A stretch of DNA of 39,091 nucleotides. It comes from Escherichia phage vB_EcoP_LNA5. Below, piece after piece: positions 34,584-39,091 of the stretch (positions are counted from its first letter, which is position 1; each line of letters opens with the position of its first letter). The stretch is from sequence record MZ311861.1. One strand, 5' to 3'. A program made the position numbers and the translations under genes. Under the pieces are notes generated by a model. That model had not been told where the DNA came from and made no database searches. It saw only the letters and a list, made by a program, of their open reading frames with translations.

Positions 34584-34874
34584 TTAGTTTGTGAAAGATA
34601 CGTTGAAGGAACGCACAGGCGTACCGTCATACCCAACAATCACCAGACCTTCCACGCCAGAGGTGGCCTTGAAGTAGAGACTGTTGGTTCTACGGGAGTA
34701 GCTAACACCATCAGGCGTAGTCACCTCAAGCAGCGACCAATCGGTCACATCTGAAAGCTCAGGGAAGTCAACCTTCAGGCTGGTTCCCACCGTAGAACTA
34801 TACGTCTCTAAGGTAGGACCCTCTGTAGAGAGGGCCTTAAAGGTCGTTAACCCGCTGACGCCGCTGTGAAAACC
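34584..34874 (-). CDS. capsid 10B C-terminal extension reached by -1 frameshift from 10A
   Basis: The -1 frame is open from the GGTTTTC heptamer (34868..34874), 19 nt before the 10A stop, to a TAA at 34584; T7 makes 10B by a -1 shift at a comparable site near the end of 10A. Confidence 0.6.
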   Translation of the reverse strand, partial: GFHSGVSGLTTFKALSTEGPTLETYSSTVGTSLKVDFPELSDVTDWSLLEVTTPDGVSYSRRTNSLYFKATSGVEGLVIVGYDGTPVRSFNVSFTN

Positions 34875-35896
34875 AGTGCGCCTGCTGCTTCTGGACGCAG
34901 ACCACCGTGACCCATAGCGTACTTACCAACAATCAGGTCGCCCTGAGCATCGACGTCACGGTCACGTTCCAGCGCCAAGTCACGCAGCTTAACAGTACCT
35001 ACAGCAGAACGGTGAGAGAACAGGCCCACAACGTTGTCCAGAGCAACTTTAACATCACCAGTAGCAGTAGCTGGGAAGGCGTGCTTCTGACCAGTCGCAA
35101 TAGTGATACCATCGGCACCACGAGTTTCCCCAGCACCACCCTGAGTCAAGTGTGGAACTTCAACAACCACGAAGCCCATTACGTTACGGATGTTACCAGT
35201 CTCTGGGTCAATCAGCGCAGCATAGTTAGCAGCGTTCGGCATCAGAGCCGCGAGGATTGCAGAGTAGTTGTCCGGCGTGGTGTAGAAGTAACGGTCGCCA
35301 GCAGGAACGTAGTTGGATGTCAGCTTCGCACGAGCAATGGTCAGTTGACCGATGATTGCTTCACCCAGCTTAGCCGGAGTGTTCAGGTCTGCTTTAGTAC
35401 CAACTTCCAGCACAGACGCTTTGCCAAGACCAGCGATGTTTTCATCAGATGCAGCCGGTAGGTTACACAGAATAGCCATCTCAGCCAGTACCGCACCATC
35501 GGCAGCGATAGCCAGAGCTTCGCCCAACTGGTTGGAGTACTCGCCAGCCACGTCATAGTGGTTCATCGCGTCTTCAATGTCGAAAATCATCACATCGGCA
35601 GTCAGCAGACCATCAATGGTAATCACTTTCTCGGTATGTTTGATACCTTTACGCTTATCGGACAGTCGCTCACCCGGAGCCAGATACACCCCAGAGGTGC
35701 GTCCCATGACCGGGAACTGAGCAGACTTACCGTTCTGAATGGTACGGACAATATGCTTGTCAGCAGTTACAGAGCGGCGAGTGAATGCGGTCAGGACTTC
35801 ACCAGCAAAGACCTTCAGGAACAACGCCAGAGCGTCGGAACCAGATTTGCCTTTACCTTGGTCTGTACCAACTTTCTGACCCGGAACGTTTGCCAT
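34847..35896 (-). CDS. major capsid protein gp10A
   Basis: Recalled collinear similarity to T7 gp10A (..GTDQGKG.., ..LALFLKVF.GEVLTAF.R.SVT.., ..KSAQFPV.GRT...YLAPGE.L.DKRK.IKHTEKVITIDGLLTADV.I.DIEDAMNHYDV.., ..KYAMGHGGLRPEAAGA.VF); AGGAG 9 nt upstream. Confidence 0.97.
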   Translation of the reverse strand: MANVPGQKVGTDQGKGKSGSDALALFLKVFAGEVLTAFTRRSVTADKHIVRTIQNGKSAQFPVMGRTSGVYLAPGERLSDKRKGIKHTEKVITIDGLLTADVMIFDIEDAMNHYDVAGEYSNQLGEALAIAADGAVLAEMAILCNLPAASDENIAGLGKASVLEVGTKADLNTPAKLGEAIIGQLTIARAKLTSNYVPAGDRYFYTTPDNYSAILAALMPNAANYAALIDPETGNIRNVMGFVVVEVPHLTQGGAGETRGADGITIATGQKHAFPATATGDVKVALDNVVGLFSHRSAVGTVKLRDLALERDRDVDAQGDLIVGKYAMGHGGLRPEAAGALVFTAASAG

Positions 35897-36001
35897 ATGA
35901 TAATTCTCCTATTCAATTGAAAGATAAAGTTTATTACTTACTGTACGCCCAATCCGTATGGACTGAAGTAATAGGGAAACCTTGAGTCTTTCTCTTGGTC
36001 T

Positions 36002-36020
36002 CCCTATAGTGATAGTTTAG
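36002..36020 (-). promoter_or_regulatory. phage RNAP promoter (phi10 position)
   Basis: ccctatagtgatagtttag, about 105 bp upstream of the capsid ATG. Confidence 0.85.
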
Positions 36021-36022
36021 TC

Positions 36023-36910
36023 CTACAGGCTTGAGGCAGCTACCTTAGCGCGAACTTCCATCGTGTATTTAGCGTCACGCAGGTATCGCGGGTCACTCAT
36101 AGCCTTAATCATGTCATCCTTGGAGCTGAATGCTTCGGTCTGAGGAGCCTTAGGTGCGACCACAGGTTTAGCCTGAGTGGTGATGGTACGCTGAGGTTTA
36201 ACACCCACAGCTTTACCCAGAGTCTTGCCAGCCAGATTCAGCAGAGCTTTGGTAGTCGCAATGTCCTTACGAACGATGGCAGCTTCCAATGCTTCACGAG
36301 TTGACGGGTCGTTGGACTCAAGGTGTGACAGGATGCGATTAAACTGTTCAGCACCACCAGCGTAGCGAACCACACCAGCGGCATACTGTTCAGCCAGAGC
36401 TTCCTGACCACGGACAAACGAATCTACGAAGCGCTTGGTGTAACCTGCTTCCTGCAACTTAGCGTAGGATGCGTCAGACAGCTTACCGTCCTTGGCGTAT
36501 TCAGCCTTGATAGCGGTAATTTCATCAGCAGTGACCTTGCCAGCTTCTACAGCAGAAGACACCATGTCGTCAAATGCAGCTTCGTTTTCATCCAGAGCGG
36601 TGACACTTTCGGTCAGCTCTTTCGGTGCATCACCCAGTTCAATGAACTCAGGCTGCTCACCATCGGTCTCAGACTCTTCATCGTCATCGGACTCGTTGTC
36701 TTCAGCACCCTCCGTCTCTTCGACGTTCTCGTCTTCTTCGGTCGCCTCTTCGTTTTCGGCTTCCAGTTGCTTGAAGGTAATAGCGTCATCGCCATCACGA
36801 ACAGCTACGTCCTGTTCAAGCATAGACTTCTGGTGTTCGTTCAGGTCCTCAACGGAACCAGTGATTGCATTAGAGCTAACGCCGAACTCGGCATAAACTG
36901 ATTGAGACAT
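36023..36910 (-). CDS. scaffolding protein gp9
   Basis: Acidic ORF recalled as T7 gp9-like (..VYA.FGV.S.., ..ARDGDDAI.., ..SYAKL.E.GYTK.F.DS..RGQEAL.EQY.., ..MIKAMSDPRY..DA.Y); start set to ATG at 36910 with AAGGAG 9 nt upstream (track start is TTG at 36946). Confidence 0.9.
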   Translation of the reverse strand: MSQSVYAEFGVSSNAITGSVEDLNEHQKSMLEQDVAVRDGDDAITFKQLEAENEEATEEDENVEETEGAEDNESDDDEESETDGEQPEFIELGDAPKELTESVTALDENEAAFDDMVSSAVEAGKVTADEITAIKAEYAKDGKLSDASYAKLQEAGYTKRFVDSFVRGQEALAEQYAAGVVRYAGGAEQFNRILSHLESNDPSTREALEAAIVRKDIATTKALLNLAGKTLGKAVGVKPQRTITTQAKPVVAPKAPQTEAFSSKDDMIKAMSDPRYLRDAKYTMEVRAKVAASSL

Positions 36911-36985
36911 TGAGTCATTCTCCTTTGATTGAAATGGTAGGAACAACTGGACTAGAAACCTACAAATTGTAGACCAGACGTTGTT

Positions 36986-37003
36986 CCTATAGTGATAGTT
37001 TAG
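36986..37003 (-). promoter_or_regulatory. phage RNAP promoter (phi9 position)
   Basis: cctatagtgatagtttag, overlapping the portal stop. Confidence 0.85.
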
Positions 37004-38568
37004 GCTTGAGCCATGTCCTCACCAGCTCCCTGACCCACAGCAGCACCCATGTTAGCACCAGCAGCAGACGCACCATTGACCACAGCTCCTTGAGCGGATT
37101 GTTCAGCCATGCGTTGCAACTTCTCGTCCTGAGTCAGTAGCAGACCAGCGGTGTCAATGCCTAAGGCATTCAGCAGTCGCAGCTTCAGTGTAGGCAAGTT
37201 AATGTCTGGGTCCTGTTGTAGAGGCTGTAGCCCGGTCATCATGTTGACTGCCTGAGTCAGCTTCTCTAAGTCCTGACCACGACCTAACGCTTCCAGACCA
37301 GTGGAGACCGTAGGCTCTACCGCTTCTTTCGGAAGGTCTGGAATCATGCCAGCAGACTGAAGTTGGTTCATCAGCACACGGACGATAGGCAACTGAAGCT
37401 CTTGTGACTGTACTGAGTACACGCCACCTAAGGTCGCCTCCAGTTCGCCAGCAACATAACGAATCTCTTCAGCAGTGACACGCTCGGCATTACGCTGAAC
37501 AGCACTATTAAGAAGGAAGGCCCAGCCTAAACGTTGCTCGATAGCGTCAGCCACCGACTTAGCAATCGTAAAGTCCTGACCTTTCGTCAGTTGCAGGAAG
37601 TTGATGTCCTCAACTCGACCAGCCACGAACTCACCTGTAGCCGCCTTGTTCAGACGTCTAGGTTGCGTGATACCGTTCGGGTTAACGAGGCCCACCACCT
37701 TGGAGGCTACCTTAGCCATTTTTGTGATAGCTTCTGTAATCGTCTCCAGCGAGTTGAGGTCGCCCAGATACTCCTCGCAGTAAGAACGACCGTAGTCTTC
37801 ACCATCCAGTCGAACCATTCGTACCGGGATGTATGGACATGCAGTCAGCGGGTAGGAACCATCGGTCCCTGTTACCTCAATTCCTTCCACTTCCTCGTAG
37901 CGCAGATACTCGTCGTCCTGACGGTAGATGTGCGTATACACTTCCAGCTCGGTGTCAGGCTCATAGTCGTCTGCATTGAGTTGAGACTTCACGTCTTCCG
38001 GTAGAGCACTGAAAGCTACCTTGTCGAGAGTCACAATCTGCAAGATGTTACCGAACGCATCACGTTGAACAACGTAAGACACTAATCGGTACATCCGCAT
38101 CGGACTGTAAGTACCCTGTTCAGGCTCTGGAATGTAAAGCAGACAGTTACCGGAGACGATAAGCTGCTTCAGAGCTTCGAACAATGGCACACGGAAACTG
38201 TTAGTCTCCATGTAGGCCATCAACACACGCTCGACCATAGCAAGCCCTTCGTCAACACGAGCAGCAGCCTCTGAGTCCTGACTCAAGGTCTTGGCCTCAT
38301 ATTCGGAGACTGTCAGTCGCATCCACGGTGACTGAGGGAATAACGCCAACATCAGCTTTGCAGCCAAGTTGTTCAAGCAGCGAGCACCTACAGCTTGCCA
38401 CGGAGTGGTATATTCAGTAGACGAGTTGTCTGATTCCTTAGGAAACAGTGACGGGATAGTGACAGCAGCACAGTTCTGAGCGCGTGTCTCATATGGCTGT
38501 CTACCGTTCTTCAGTCGGTCATAGACCGCTTTGGCTCCTTCAGCAGCGAACCCTTCACGTTCAGCCAT
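37000..38568 (-). CDS. portal (head-tail connector) protein gp8
   Basis: Recalled collinear similarity to T7 gp8 (MAE.., ..YETRAQNCA..TIPSLFPK.SDN.ST.Y.TPWQAVGAR.LNNLA.KLMLALFP.., ..YRLVSYVVQRDAFGN.LQ.VT.., ..ACPYIP.RMVRLDGE.YGRSY.EEYLGDL.SLE..); AAGGAGG upstream. Confidence 0.97.
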   Translation of the reverse strand: MAEREGFAAEGAKAVYDRLKNGRQPYETRAQNCAAVTIPSLFPKESDNSSTEYTTPWQAVGARCLNNLAAKLMLALFPQSPWMRLTVSEYEAKTLSQDSEAAARVDEGLAMVERVLMAYMETNSFRVPLFEALKQLIVSGNCLLYIPEPEQGTYSPMRMYRLVSYVVQRDAFGNILQIVTLDKVAFSALPEDVKSQLNADDYEPDTELEVYTHIYRQDDEYLRYEEVEGIEVTGTDGSYPLTACPYIPVRMVRLDGEDYGRSYCEEYLGDLNSLETITEAITKMAKVASKVVGLVNPNGITQPRRLNKAATGEFVAGRVEDINFLQLTKGQDFTIAKSVADAIEQRLGWAFLLNSAVQRNAERVTAEEIRYVAGELEATLGGVYSVQSQELQLPIVRVLMNQLQSAGMIPDLPKEAVEPTVSTGLEALGRGQDLEKLTQAVNMMTGLQPLQQDPDINLPTLKLRLLNALGIDTAGLLLTQDEKLQRMAEQSAQGAVVNGASAAGANMGAAVGQGAGEDMAQA

Positions 38569-38579
38569 TCGTCACCTCC

Positions 38580-38828
38580 TTAAATAGAAATACCGCCACC
38601 AGAGGTACGAGAGACCTGAAGGCTACGCTTACCTGAACGCTTCACTTTCTTCTCATCAGATGCGGTTGTTTCAGTATTCACATCCTCCACTTTGTCGTTC
38701 GGTACTTCCACTGGTGCTGCTGGGGTCTGAGCCTCAACAACCTTAGGTGCATCGTTAGAACCAAGACCAACGGTCCCTAAAGCACCTTTTACTACTTTAC
38801 TGAAGGCCTTACTGATTGATTTACCCAC
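38580..38828 (-). CDS. gp7.3-like tail protein
   Basis: 82-aa ORF with ..SGKRSL.VSRTSGGGI.I C-terminus as recalled for T7 gp7.3; GTG start with AAGGAG 8 nt upstream. Confidence 0.8.
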   Translation of the reverse strand: MGKSISKAFSKVVKGALGTVGLGSNDAPKVVEAQTPAAPVEVPNDKVEDVNTETTASDEKKVKRSGKRSLQVSRTSGGGISI

Positions 38829-39014
38829 GGTTAATCTCCTTGTTCGTGCTAACGCACTTGGTTGTTACGATGTCTACCGACCCGGAAACATGCTTGACAC
38901 GAGAATACCAGCCAAGACCCCAACGCTTGCACTCTTCGTCTATGATGTACCTGACAGTCTCAAGAACCTTGCGGGAGGACTGCGAGTCACGACGAATAGC
39001 GACGATTGAAAGGT
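38821..39014 (-). CDS. gp7-like virion/host-range protein, C-terminal part (5' part is 1..193; 39015..39091 duplicates 1..77)
   Basis: Same reading frame as 1..193 across the junction; ..LATTSWHRPTPGLDLSIVAIRRD..RYIIDEEC.R.G..WYSRVKHVSGSVDIVTTK resembles recalled T7 gp7. Confidence 0.65.
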
Positions 39015-39091
39015 CAAGACCGGGAGTCGGTCGGTGCCAAGATGTGGTAGCCAGCATGTAGAGATACGCTACTGGTTGACCTGAGACATCG

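Overview
The window is essentially one complete T7-like podophage genome (Autographiviridae, Studiervirinae-type gene order), about 39.0 kb, given as the reverse complement and circularly permuted. Every supported gene is on the minus strand, and the first 77 bp are identical to the last 77 bp (1..77 = 39015..39091), which looks like an assembly circularisation overlap, so the true terminal repeats cannot be placed. Reading the minus strand from about 17118 downward, through coordinate 1, and on from 39091 down to 18375, the order is: host-type sigma70 promoter, RNase III-like hairpins, early genes (orphan ORF, Ocr-like 0.3 with a C-terminal extension, 0.4-like, small orphans), single-subunit RNA polymerase, 1.1/1.2, ligase, early terminator, 1.6/1.7, gp2, SSB, endonuclease I, an extra 163-aa ORF, lysozyme, a tRNA-like element, primase-helicase, DNA polymerase, 5.5/5.7, exonuclease, 6.5/6.7, gp7 (split by the window junction), 7.3, portal, scaffold, capsid with a -1 frameshift extension, T-phi-like terminator, tail tubular A, a DUF3850-like insert, tail tubular B, gp13/14/15, an HNH endonuclease insert, gp16, tailspike-like fibre, holin, small terminase, spanins, large terminase, phi-OR promoter and a 19.5-like ORF. 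Eleven copies of a phage promoter (minus-strand consensus CTAAACTATCACTATAGG) differ from the T7 promoter at positions -9 to -12. No CRISPR array, integrase or rRNA was seen, and the only tRNA-like sequence is non-canonical. All homology statements come from recalled protein sequences and hand translation, not from database searches; start codons were adjusted by hand where the ORF track began at GTG/TTG or lacked a ribosome-binding site.
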